From Pseudomonadota bacterium (GTDB taxonomy: Bacteria; Pseudomonadota; Alphaproteobacteria; MPNO01; UBA2964): 64,000 bases of DNA. The stretch covers positions 70,813-134,812 of the forward strand of contig JAYZFG010000015.1 in the NCBI GenBank assembly GCA_036336885.1, given 5' to 3'. Position numbers and translations under genes: made by a program. Shown here in pieces: positions 49,591 to 58,241 of this stretch. Below the pieces are notes generated by a model. It saw only the letters and a program-made list of their open reading frames with translations. It made no database searches and was not told where the DNA came from. The stretch's first letter is position 1. The number at the start of each line of letters is the position of its first letter.

Positions 49591-50496
49591 ATGGAACTTA
49601 AACAACACGGTAGATATGATTATTCCCCCATTACCGATCGTCCCGTTTACGACTGGCCGGACGGCAAAAGGCTCGCATTTTATATTGGCCTAAATATCGA
49701 GCATTTCAGCTTCGGCGAAGGGCTTGGGCACACGCCTACCAATCCCGGCGTACAACCTGATGTTCGGAATTATGCCTGGCGGGATTATGGCCTGCGCGTC
49801 GGTATTTGGCGTATTTTAGAGTTACTGGATGAGTTTAATCTCCCGGCATGCCACCTCATGAATTCCTCTGTTTACGATTACTCCCCACAAATACCAAAAC
49901 GCATCCGTGAACGCGGTGACGAATTTATTGGACACGGGATAACAAACTCTGAACAACAAGGGGATTACTCGGAAGATGATGAACGCAGTCTCATTTCGAC
50001 TGCAACAAATGCATTCAAAACATATGAAAATAGTGGGCCAATGGGATGGATGGGGCCCTGGATTTCTGAAAGTCAATTCACCCCCGACCTCTTAGAGGAG
50101 GCCGGATATCGATTTATTATGGACTGGTCCTGTGACGACCAACCTATCTGGATGCGGACCCGAAATGGTCAGTTATTAATGATACCCTACCATATTGAGA
50201 TCAATGACTCTCCCGCTCAACTTTCGAGACGACATACAGCCAACCAGTTTACAGAAATAGTATGCGCACATTTTGACGAACAGCTACGACAGTGTACGAA
50301 ACAACCACTCGTATTTTCCCTCGCCCTTCATACTTTCGTCGTCGGGCAACCCTACAGGTTGGCGGGGTTAAGGGAAATACTGAACCATATCGTAAACCAT
50401 AAAGATGCTGATAAAATATGGTTCACTAAACCGGGGGAAATTTATAACCACATTGTGACGTTGCCAAAGGGAACAGTGCCAGGCGAACCAGTTTAA
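49591..50496 (+). CDS. Polysaccharide-deacetylase-family (NodB/PuuE-like) hydrolase
   Basis: 301 aa with the YDWPDGKRLAFYIGLNIEHF start, GHGITN, and a WMGPW...DWSCDDQP pattern like the PuuE-type deacetylase-fold amidohydrolases I recall. Substrate unknown. Confidence 0.65.
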   Translation: MELKQHGRYDYSPITDRPVYDWPDGKRLAFYIGLNIEHFSFGEGLGHTPTNPGVQPDVRNYAWRDYGLRVGIWRILELLDEFNLPACHLMNSSVYDYSPQIPKRIRERGDEFIGHGITNSEQQGDYSEDDERSLISTATNAFKTYENSGPMGWMGPWISESQFTPDLLEEAGYRFIMDWSCDDQPIWMRTRNGQLLMIPYHIEINDSPAQLSRRHTANQFTEIVCAHFDEQLRQCTKQPLVFSLALHTFVVGQPYRLAGLREILNHIVNHKDADKIWFTKPGEIYNHIVTLPKGTVPGEPV

Positions 50497-51444
50497 TCAA
50501 ACCCCCTGAGAAGCTGCTACAAGCGGATCCCACTCAATATCTTCATCGCGGACCGCACCAATTAGTTCGGATATTTCCTTGATGCCGCGTCCGTCGCACC
50601 ATTCTTCTAAATCATCAATGATCGTCGTCAGCGCAGTCGGATTACGAAATCCAGCGTAGCCTATGCCCACACCCGATGCTCCAGCGAGCATATATTCGAC
50701 GACATCCTCCGCCTTGGTTACCCCTCCAATACCTATTACCGGAACACTGCATTCTTTTGCTACCTGGTAAACCATACGCATGACGATCGGCTTTAAGGCT
50801 GGAGACACTAACCCGCCAAACTTATTGCCCAAGGCTGGACGAAAATTGTCTGTTCTAATCTTGAGGCTCAAAAATGTATTACACAGCACAAGTGCATCAG
50901 CGCCAGCTTCTTCGGCGGCAAGTGCAATTGAGACAATATCGCCGGCATTGGGCGAAAGCTTGGCCCACACAGGCTTATCTGTGGCATTCCGGATACCCTC
51001 CATAACCATCTTGGTATGATCAGAGTGCATTGAAAAATTGCCACCACTTGGAGCTTTTGTGGGACAAGATATATTGACTTCTACAACATCAACACCATCG
51101 ACACTCAGGTCTCGGCTCATTGCCGCAAAATCCTCAGCGGTATCAGCTGAAACGCTGACAATCAGAGGTGGTTCCCACTTGTTATACTCAGGCACAATAT
51201 TTTCTAGAAAATAATCTATACCTTTACCGGGTAATCCGATTGATTGAATTATACCAGCCTCCGTTTCAGCCATACGCGGAGTTGGGTTTCCCAAACGGGG
51301 CTCCCGGCAAATTGTTTTGGCGACGAGGCCTCCTAAGCGATTAAGATCAATGACGTCCCCATAATCCCATGAGAAAGCACCCGACGCAGGCATTATCGGA
51401 TTTTGGAGGGTAACGTCTCCAATTTTTACAGAAAGATCTACCAT
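50497..51444 (-). CDS. Class-1B-type dihydroorotate-dehydrogenase-like FMN enzyme (PyrD-B-like catalytic subunit)
   Basis: 315 aa with NPIMPASGAF, GNPTPR, VEVNISCP (Cys base retained), KLSPN, CNT, GGLVSPALKP and GIGGV. Its start overlaps the PyrK-like stop by 7 nt. Confidence 0.85.
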   Translation of the reverse strand: MVDLSVKIGDVTLQNPIMPASGAFSWDYGDVIDLNRLGGLVAKTICREPRLGNPTPRMAETEAGIIQSIGLPGKGIDYFLENIVPEYNKWEPPLIVSVSADTAEDFAAMSRDLSVDGVDVVEVNISCPTKAPSGGNFSMHSDHTKMVMEGIRNATDKPVWAKLSPNAGDIVSIALAAEEAGADALVLCNTFLSLKIRTDNFRPALGNKFGGLVSPALKPIVMRMVYQVAKECSVPVIGIGGVTKAEDVVEYMLAGASGVGIGYAGFRNPTALTTIIDDLEEWCDGRGIKEISELIGAVRDEDIEWDPLVAASQGV

Positions 51445-52310
51445 CCGACTGCCTCCTGCATATTAAAACATGGGCCCTCGCGGCACACACGGCGTAATGT
51501 CTTAACCCCGTCTACTTCAAAAGTTCGCATGCAGATATAGCAAGCGCCTAGACCACAAGCCATATTCTGTTCCATTGCCACCTGACCAGGTATTGAGTGC
51601 GCTTTACCAAGCCGCTTCATTAACGTGAGGAGCCTGTTCGACCCACACGTAAAAAATGCATCAGCTTTTTGTTCCATAATGAGCCCTTCGAGAATTTCTT
51701 CTACATTTTCGACGTGACTGCTGTTGTCGGTATCGACAACCTCAATCACCGAAGCTCCCAGCCCTTCAAATAGATCGCGCGACATTATTACCTTGGGATT
51801 ACGTGCACTAAGGATGGCAGTGACACCAACATTATGTTCAGCCGCTAGCTGAGATAAAGGGGCAAGTGTCGCCAGACCTACACCGCGTCCAAGGACAACA
51901 ATATTGTTCCAGTCCTCTTCAAGCCAAAAGCCTATCCCGAGTGGGCCAACGATATTGAATTCCTCACCCTCTTCGAGCATGGCCATACCCTGCGTACCGC
52001 GTCCCTCCTCTTTGTAAAGGAATTCGAGACGCTTATGCTCCTGATCTACTCGATAAATACTCATTGGCCTCCTCATCCACACCTCGGCACCATCGGGAGT
52101 AGGACAAAGTAAGTGAAAGAATTGTCCAGCCTTAGTTTTGAGGGCTCGATCAGGCACCTCAACAACCATCTTAAGGTACTCGTCATTCACGTATTCGTTT
52201 GAAACAACAATTGAAATGAACTCTCCAGTGGGTTTATCAGGGTGTGGGTCATTCTCCCCAATACGGAGCGGCTTTGCCGAGTAATTCTGCTCTGGCGTAA
52301 GATCAGTCAT
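51438..52310 (-). CDS. PyrK-like electron-transfer subunit (FAD + [2Fe-2S])
   Basis: 290 aa with the FAD motif RRPMSIY, the nucleotide loop GRGVGLATLAP and the C-terminal cluster ACGLGACYIC...RVCREGPCF. Confidence 0.85.
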   Translation of the reverse strand: MTDLTPEQNYSAKPLRIGENDPHPDKPTGEFISIVVSNEYVNDEYLKMVVEVPDRALKTKAGQFFHLLCPTPDGAEVWMRRPMSIYRVDQEHKRLEFLYKEEGRGTQGMAMLEEGEEFNIVGPLGIGFWLEEDWNNIVVLGRGVGLATLAPLSQLAAEHNVGVTAILSARNPKVIMSRDLFEGLGASVIEVVDTDNSSHVENVEEILEGLIMEQKADAFFTCGSNRLLTLMKRLGKAHSIPGQVAMEQNMACGLGACYICMRTFEVDGVKTLRRVCREGPCFNMQEAVGW

Positions 52311-52408
52311 CTCTCTTTAACCTAATTTTTCTGCGCTTATTATTTTTATAACAGCCTTATGTAACAAAATAAATACTTGTTCCAATTTTGGTACATATAG
52401 GGATTACG

Positions 52409-53737
52409 CTAACTGTTACCATAAAGTAAAGTGATATTTATACGATGATTCTCATAGCCGGATAAAAACTTAGGTGAGTCTGAACCATGGAAAAGTTTTG
52501 AATCAAACAAAACAGCTCGATTACATGCATATGGTATTGTGAGCTTTCGATTTTCGTAACCCTTGATAAATGCTTTAATAGATTCTTTATCCTGGTCATA
52601 ATCCTTAATAACCCAGTCATTTGGTGGTCGCTTAGTATAAATTTGGAGTCCACCTCGCTCTGGCTCTAGGTTAGATTGGTCAGGAGTGAGCCAAAAATTT
52701 AGGCTAACGGCCGCATCGTCTAAATGGAGTTCTATGGGCTTTTCCCCTATAAGTCCCTTGAACGCCCATGCTTGCGTCATAGGATAATCGCCTAGGATTT
52801 CTGGAAATTTTTCTCGGACATTATCTCCAATCTGTAAAAGCAATGGGCATGCGAGCCCATCCTCCAGATAGGATGCAAGGAACCCAGGTATGTGTGAAAA
52901 ATCAAACCAAATCGTGCTACCCAGTAGATATTGGGTCAATCTGTTTAAAGCTTCCGGGGTCAAAAAGTTATCAAACCACGCAATACCCGGGGTGGAGACC
53001 GTAAATGCCTTGGAAATTTCATCGGCAGAAACGTCATTGTTTATCGTTGAAGTTGGCAACTCTGCAGCGTCGGCAATAAAGTTCGGATAATTGTAGCTCC
53101 CTCCAAAGAGCTCCACCTGTTCTTCCGTCATCGATATTGTTTGATGGTCATCCAATGGCCAATCAATTGACTTTATTGCAAATTCGTAAGCTCTCGCTAA
53201 CGCAGAAACACGTTCGTTATCCCGCTTTTTTCCAGCAAGAAATCGGAACTGCTCGATATCATGAAGGAGCTTCGCACGGGTGGTCGTCTTAAGAGAATTA
53301 TCCAAGGGCCCCACCCTATTTTCACCCCTCCGCAGATCCATGGTGCGGGCAAAAAAATCAAGAGCACGCGCTCTTTGCCCCAATTTTAGAAGTAGCCGCC
53401 CCAGCGCAAGCTGGGCTCCATAATGTTCAGGATTAATAGATATGACTTCCTCACAAGCTTTTGCCGCTTCTTTAAAACGACATACCTGCTGCATAGCCTT
53501 CGCCATACTCCAGTATGCAGGCTCATATTCTGGATCAACAACAACGGCTTTTTGAAACTGTTCTATCCCTTCATTAACCCGCGCAGTACTCACAAGAAGT
53601 ACACCTAAGTTATGATGAATTGCTGGATAGTCCGCCTGTTCGTCAAGAACTTCACGGTATACGACCTCTGCTTCAGCCAAGCGGCCGGCGTTATGGTGTT
53701 CTAATGCAATGGCTGCACGGTCTTGTATGTTATTCAT
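52409..53737 (-). CDS. TPR-repeat protein with C-terminal double-stranded-beta-helix, 2OG/Fe(II)-oxygenase-like domain (tentative)
   Basis: The track ORF starts at 53824 and overlaps the XRE gene. ATG 53737 lies 14 bp after the XRE stop and gives 442 aa. The N-terminal ~130 aa have TPR-like A/Y/L periodicity (AEAEVVYREVL..., YWSMAKAMQ...). The C-terminus has ELHLDD (HxD), NFWL, GGLQIY, LFHGSD and HRINITLLYG. Confidence 0.55.
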   Translation of the reverse strand: MNNIQDRAAIALEHHNAGRLAEAEVVYREVLDEQADYPAIHHNLGVLLVSTARVNEGIEQFQKAVVVDPEYEPAYWSMAKAMQQVCRFKEAAKACEEVISINPEHYGAQLALGRLLLKLGQRARALDFFARTMDLRRGENRVGPLDNSLKTTTRAKLLHDIEQFRFLAGKKRDNERVSALARAYEFAIKSIDWPLDDHQTISMTEEQVELFGGSYNYPNFIADAAELPTSTINNDVSADEISKAFTVSTPGIAWFDNFLTPEALNRLTQYLLGSTIWFDFSHIPGFLASYLEDGLACPLLLQIGDNVREKFPEILGDYPMTQAWAFKGLIGEKPIELHLDDAAVSLNFWLTPDQSNLEPERGGLQIYTKRPPNDWVIKDYDQDKESIKAFIKGYENRKLTIPYACNRAVLFDSKLFHGSDSPKFLSGYENHRINITLLYGNS

Positions 53738-53751
53738 TGGCACAGAATAAG

Positions 53752-54636
53752 TCAGGCGGTTTGGCGAACAATTAACTGACGCAAAAACTTCGCCGCATCT
53801 GGTCCGCGTAATGCCCTCCGCCATAAATCTTGCACCGTACGTTGGTGTAAGTCCAATGCCTCCGGGGCCGAAGTGATCATCGCGATTCCTCCATGCACAT
53901 TGGGTTGTTCACCAAGTCGAAAGGGACTCATTGCCAAAATTTTACGGTCTAATTGGCGAAAAATTTGGAAACTCGTGTGAGGCAGCGTCCCGGGTATAAT
54001 ACCAATTTGGACGGCTATTGGTTCGGCTTCCATCATCCCAATTAGGTTTTCTGCTTCAGCAAGCGCCCGCGCACGTCGCTCATCTCGAACATCCTGAGGT
54101 AAATCAAGTCTGCCAATGAGACCATTTCGCAGAAAACGTTCAATTTCAGCACCCGATATTAGGTTTAGGATACCTGGTCGTCTCTCCCGGTATGTTTTTT
54201 TGCGCTTTTGAAGAATTGGCATTAGTTCACGAACTTGTTCCAGCGCCCTCTCCCGTTCCAGCTCTTCCTCTGGTATACTCTCGCTCAAACATTGTTCGAG
54301 GGTTTGATCAAAACTTTCGGTAGCTAAAAGGAATGAAATTGGCCCCGCCAGAACAACAATGTGTTCGGTCGTTGATTCTATTTGTCTTAGTCTTTCAAAG
54401 AACGCAACAGCTGAGGGAATGTATTCAACTCCGACACCCATTAAAGTCGGTATAGAAACGTCAAGAAGCTCGGCGAGCCTTTCCAGGGTTTCAACCTTGG
54501 CAAGTTCCCCTTTTTCAAATCGGTATAAAGCTGTTCTTGATATCCCTATACGGTTGGCGATTTCATCTGCGCTAAGACCTGATGCCAGACGGAAGGCCTT
54601 TAGCCGATCACCAATATCGTCAAACCGGATGCTCAT
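53752..54636 (-). CDS. XRE-family helix-turn-helix transcriptional regulator with uncharacterised ~220-aa C-terminal domain
   Basis: 294 aa. The HTH is IGDRLKAFRLASGLSADEIANRIGISRTALYRFEKGE. Its ATG overlaps the upstream Mo-hydroxylase stop (ATGA). It is the only recognisable transcription factor in the window. Confidence 0.8.
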   Translation of the reverse strand: MSIRFDDIGDRLKAFRLASGLSADEIANRIGISRTALYRFEKGELAKVETLERLAELLDVSIPTLMGVGVEYIPSAVAFFERLRQIESTTEHIVVLAGPISFLLATESFDQTLEQCLSESIPEEELERERALEQVRELMPILQKRKKTYRERRPGILNLISGAEIERFLRNGLIGRLDLPQDVRDERRARALAEAENLIGMMEAEPIAVQIGIIPGTLPHTSFQIFRQLDRKILAMSPFRLGEQPNVHGGIAMITSAPEALDLHQRTVQDLWRRALRGPDAAKFLRQLIVRQTA

Positions 54637-56975
54637 GCAGCATTACGTCCCTTACCACCTGCAATCGCTTCTACTATTTCAGAGGGTGTTAATGGCGCCC
54701 TTGTGAAATGGACATTGAAAGGTTGCAATGCATTCTCGACAGCAGAAATTATCGCTGATGGTGCAGGGACGACCCCACATTCTCCCACGCCTTTCACCCC
54801 GAGTGGATTTAATGGTGAGGGAGATTCATGATGAATGATATCTACTTTTGGCATTTCAGTCGAAGAGATTAGAAGATACTCGGCAAAATTGGTTGTCACG
54901 GGTTGAGCGCTTTCATCGTAGCCCATCCATTCAAACAATGTATTGCCAATGCCATGGGCGGTCCCGCCTTGGACCTGCCCGTCCACTATCATTGGATTAA
55001 TAATAGTCCCACTATCGTGAGAGATCACATATTTAAGAACTTTTACCCCGCCTGTCTCAACGTCAACCTCGACCTCCGCAACGGCTGTACCGCAGGCAAA
55101 TGCGAGGTTATCCAAAACGACATGCTCCGTTGCCTCCATACCCGGTTCGATACCCCCCGGTAGTGCATACCCGGGGGTTCCTGCTACAGCATGAGCGACC
55201 TCCCCGAGCGTTACCTTCATATCGGGGACCCCCCGCACCCGTATCTCACCCTTTTCAATTTCAAGATCCTGCTCAGCGGCCTCGAGCATATGAGCAGCTA
55301 CATTAAGTGCCTTGTCGCGTACTTTTTCTGCAGCAACGTGGGCGGATGACCCTGCCACCACTGCGAGACGGCTGTTAGATGTCCCGATCCCGAGTGAAAT
55401 CGTACCTGTATCCCCAGCGGTCACCGTAACGTTTTCCATATCGCCACCGAACTTTTCACCTACAATTTGTGCCATCATCGTAGCTGTGCCCTGCCCAATT
55501 GCGGTCCCACCCGTATAAACATTGATTTTTCCAGAAGGACCAATACGAACTGTAACCGCCTCAAAAGGACCCCGGCCTGTCCCCTTGACGTAGTTGGCAA
55601 TGCCAATTCCAATATACCTTCCCTCAGAACGAGCGTGCGTCTGACGCTTCTCGAACCCCGACCAATCCGACTTTTCCAAGGCGCTCTGCTGGCATGCAGG
55701 ATAATCCCCAGAATCTAATAGTACTGGCATTCCCCCCCGGGTTTTTAGGGGTTTTTCATAAGGCATTTTTTCGCCTGGAATTAAATTTCGGTGGCGAACC
55801 TCCTCCCGAGGTAACCCTAGTTCGGCTGCAACGCGGTCAAGCAATCTTTCCATAACAAAGACGCCCTGCGGATGACCGGCCCCTCGAACCGGTGTCACGG
55901 GAACCTTATTGGTCAAGGCGAGCTGCACATGCGTGCTGAAGGCTGGCACTTCATAAGGTAGAGGTATTGTTTCTGCAGCGTTATAGGGCAAGTTTACCCC
56001 GCGCGCAGTGAACGCTCCGTGGTCATGAATAACGCTACTCTTTATACCTTGGATCATCCCGTCTTCATCGACAGCTATTTCAGCTTCCCAATACTGATCA
56101 CGTTCCTGCGTCGTAGTAACGAAATGCTCGCGGCGATCTTCCACCCACTTTATGGGTCTATTAATCATCCGTGTTGCCAAAATCAAAACTATATCTTCTT
56201 GATAAACAACTAGCTTGGGGCCAAAACCGCCACCAACATCAGGCGTGATGACCCGCAATTGGTTCTCGTCGTGACCTGTCATATCTGTATATGTAGTTTT
56301 TAAAGAATGGGGCATCTGCGTAGATGTCCACAAAGTAACTGCATCTGAGGTGGGCTCGAAATTTGCCACGCAACCACGACATTCAATTGAGTGTGAGCCG
56401 CCGCGATGAATCCATAGTGATTCAGAAAATGTATGTGTCGCTTTCGCGAAGGCTTTATCAATATCACCGTAAGTCATATTAAATTCTGCCAATAAATTAT
56501 GTTCGGCATCTCGATGTGCGACGGCCGCGCCAGGTTGCATGGCATCACGGCAATCCGCAGAGGCTGGCAGAGGTTCATAGTTAACCTCTACCAACGTAGA
56601 AGCATCTTCGGCAATATAACGATTGTCAGCAATTACGACGGCCACGGGTTCACCAACATAGGTAACCTCGTCTGAAGCTAGGGCTGGCCGATCGCGGTTC
56701 TGCTTGTATGAGGGGCTTGGCATGCCGACCACCAGGCGATCATTAATAAGAAATGGTTGAATATCCACCATGGTGTATACCGCATGGACACCGGGATGTT
56801 CCAACGCGTTTGAAACATCAATATCTTTTATCGCAGCGTGGGCAAATGGGCTTCGAACAAAACTTGCCTGCAGCATATCCGAAAAGTTTATATCATCTAT
56901 GAATTTAGCATGCCCCTGCAACAAAGCGGGATCTTCAAGGCGCTTCGCGCGGGTTCCAAAAACTTTCCAAGCCAT
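54633..56975 (-). CDS. Xanthine-dehydrogenase-family molybdopterin-binding large subunit (CoxL-like), orphan
   Basis: The track ORF starts at 57035. ATG 56975 gives MAWKVFGTRAKRLEDPALLQGHAKFIDD, 780 aa. The active-site loop is VPVTPVRGAGHPQ and the C-terminus has GVKGVGECGVVPAP. Confidence 0.9.
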   Translation of the reverse strand: MAWKVFGTRAKRLEDPALLQGHAKFIDDINFSDMLQASFVRSPFAHAAIKDIDVSNALEHPGVHAVYTMVDIQPFLINDRLVVGMPSPSYKQNRDRPALASDEVTYVGEPVAVVIADNRYIAEDASTLVEVNYEPLPASADCRDAMQPGAAVAHRDAEHNLLAEFNMTYGDIDKAFAKATHTFSESLWIHRGGSHSIECRGCVANFEPTSDAVTLWTSTQMPHSLKTTYTDMTGHDENQLRVITPDVGGGFGPKLVVYQEDIVLILATRMINRPIKWVEDRREHFVTTTQERDQYWEAEIAVDEDGMIQGIKSSVIHDHGAFTARGVNLPYNAAETIPLPYEVPAFSTHVQLALTNKVPVTPVRGAGHPQGVFVMERLLDRVAAELGLPREEVRHRNLIPGEKMPYEKPLKTRGGMPVLLDSGDYPACQQSALEKSDWSGFEKRQTHARSEGRYIGIGIANYVKGTGRGPFEAVTVRIGPSGKINVYTGGTAIGQGTATMMAQIVGEKFGGDMENVTVTAGDTGTISLGIGTSNSRLAVVAGSSAHVAAEKVRDKALNVAAHMLEAAEQDLEIEKGEIRVRGVPDMKVTLGEVAHAVAGTPGYALPGGIEPGMEATEHVVLDNLAFACGTAVAEVEVDVETGGVKVLKYVISHDSGTIINPMIVDGQVQGGTAHGIGNTLFEWMGYDESAQPVTTNFAEYLLISSTEMPKVDIIHHESPSPLNPLGVKGVGECGVVPAPSAIISAVENALQPFNVHFTRAPLTPSEIVEAIAGGKGRNAA

Positions 56976-57107
56976 TGAGCAATAATTCCTGTGTGGGTGC
57001 GATAATAGTCTAAGGGTAAGATTTGAGAGATTCAAAATTTTTTGTACAAATTGGAAGAATTATTCACTTTTAGGAATTTAGTAACTAAAAGAATAGACTT
57101 TCCTCTT

Positions 57108-57126
57108 AATGTTATAATATAACATT
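57108..57126. promoter_or_regulatory. Zur (zinc uptake regulator) box overlapping a TATAAT -10-like hexamer
   Basis: AATGTTATAATATAACATT is a perfect 9-1-9 palindrome, checked base by base. With its flanks (ttAATGTTATAATATAACATTTC) it matches 21 of 23 positions of the GAAATGTTATAWTATAACATTTC Zur consensus as I recall it. TATAAT lies at 57113-57118. The box is 51 bp upstream of the znuA ATG. Confidence 0.8.
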
Positions 57127-57176
57127 TCCTAGAAATTCCAGAACTGCAAACTCAACCTACATATAGTGTAAATCTC

Positions 57177-58145
57177 ATGAAAATAAAATACACCCCTTTG
57201 ATCGCCTTGACCTTGCTTCTAACTAGTGGGCTTATCCGACCATCCGCAGCTATGGAAGGTATAGTGGTAACGATTAAGCCAATTCATTCACTGGTTTCAT
57301 CAATAACAAAGGGTGTCAGCAAACCATACCTGATTATACGTGGAACATCATCTCCACATACCTACAGTTTGCGCCCATCTGATGCAAAAAAAATTCGCAG
57401 AGCTAAAATTGTATTCCGGGTTGACAACAACCTAGAAAATTTTTTGATCAAGTCTATAAAAACATTGGGAAGAGAAGCACGAATTGTAACGCTTTCCGAA
57501 ACAAACGGATTAACGAAATTAAAGTATCGTGATTTAGAGGATTTCAAATCTAGCCACAAAGGCCATAACCACCACAAGGGCCATGACGACCACAAAGGCC
57601 ACAAGGGCCACGAAGGACATCATCATGAAGGAACAGATCTACACCTGTGGCTGGACCCCAAAAACGCGATACGCTTTGTTCATAAAATCGAAGCAAAATT
57701 GAAACAAGCAGACCCCAAAAATGCAGAGACTTATAGGGTAAACGCCGTTGAGCTTCGTGAACGATTAACCAAATTGACAAAAACAATCAAATCACAACTA
57801 AAATCTTTGAAAAGGAGTCCCTTTATCGTATTCCATGATGCATACCAATATTATGAAAACCGGTTTGGGTTAAAAGCTGCAGGCACCATCACCCTTAACC
57901 ATGAAGTACCTCCCAGCGTTAAACAAATTTCCACAATTAAAAAACGGCTGAAAATATTAGGGGCTGCATGTATATTTCAAGAACCCCAATTTAATCAAAG
58001 AATCTCCAAAGCAGTTGCTCGTGGCACCGGAACGAAAATCCTTTCAATTGACCCCCTAGGCGCAGCTATAGAACCTGGTCCGGGAATGTATAATAAACTT
58101 TTGGAAGATATCACGACCTCATTTAAAAACTGTCTATCCAATTAA
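57177..58145 (+). CDS. znuA: Zinc ABC-transporter substrate-binding protein ZnuA (cluster A-I SBP) with His-rich loop
   Basis: 322 aa with the signal peptide MKIKYTPLIALTLLLTSGLIRPSAA. SPHTYSLRPSD, DLHLWLDP and FHDAYQYY are present. The His-rich loop SHKGHNHHKGHDDHKGHKGHEGHHHEG is encoded at 57555-57626. A Zur box lies upstream. No znuB or znuC is in the window. Confidence 0.88.
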   Translation: MKIKYTPLIALTLLLTSGLIRPSAAMEGIVVTIKPIHSLVSSITKGVSKPYLIIRGTSSPHTYSLRPSDAKKIRRAKIVFRVDNNLENFLIKSIKTLGREARIVTLSETNGLTKLKYRDLEDFKSSHKGHNHHKGHDDHKGHKGHEGHHHEGTDLHLWLDPKNAIRFVHKIEAKLKQADPKNAETYRVNAVELRERLTKLTKTIKSQLKSLKRSPFIVFHDAYQYYENRFGLKAAGTITLNHEVPPSVKQISTIKKRLKILGAACIFQEPQFNQRISKAVARGTGTKILSIDPLGAAIEPGPGMYNKLLEDITTSFKNCLSN

Positions 58146-58241
58146 AAATATTCCCCAGCTACGTATAAGACTTCCTCCTCTGCGCAGTATTTGTTAAAAC
58201 AAATCAGCTGAGACTATTGCCTAAACGTGACTGGAAAAAAA

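Noticed and set aside
50497-52310. Annotating the pair simply as biosynthetic pyrD/pyrK.
   Set aside because: Context and apparent substrate-pocket substitutions argue against a plain housekeeping call. I cannot exclude it without the rest of the genome, so the pair is reported as PyrD/PyrK-like only.
57073-57139. 7-bp inverted repeat GGAATTT / AAATTCC flanking the Zur box.
   Set aside because: It is not centred on the Zur palindrome, the arms are short, and the region is AT-rich. It is most likely chance.
57555-57626. Tandem-looking CAC/CAT-AAR-GGC codon repeats, a possible DNA repeat array.
   Set aside because: It is in frame inside znuA and encodes the His-rich metal-binding loop typical of ZnuA. 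It is not an independent repeat element or a CRISPR-like array.
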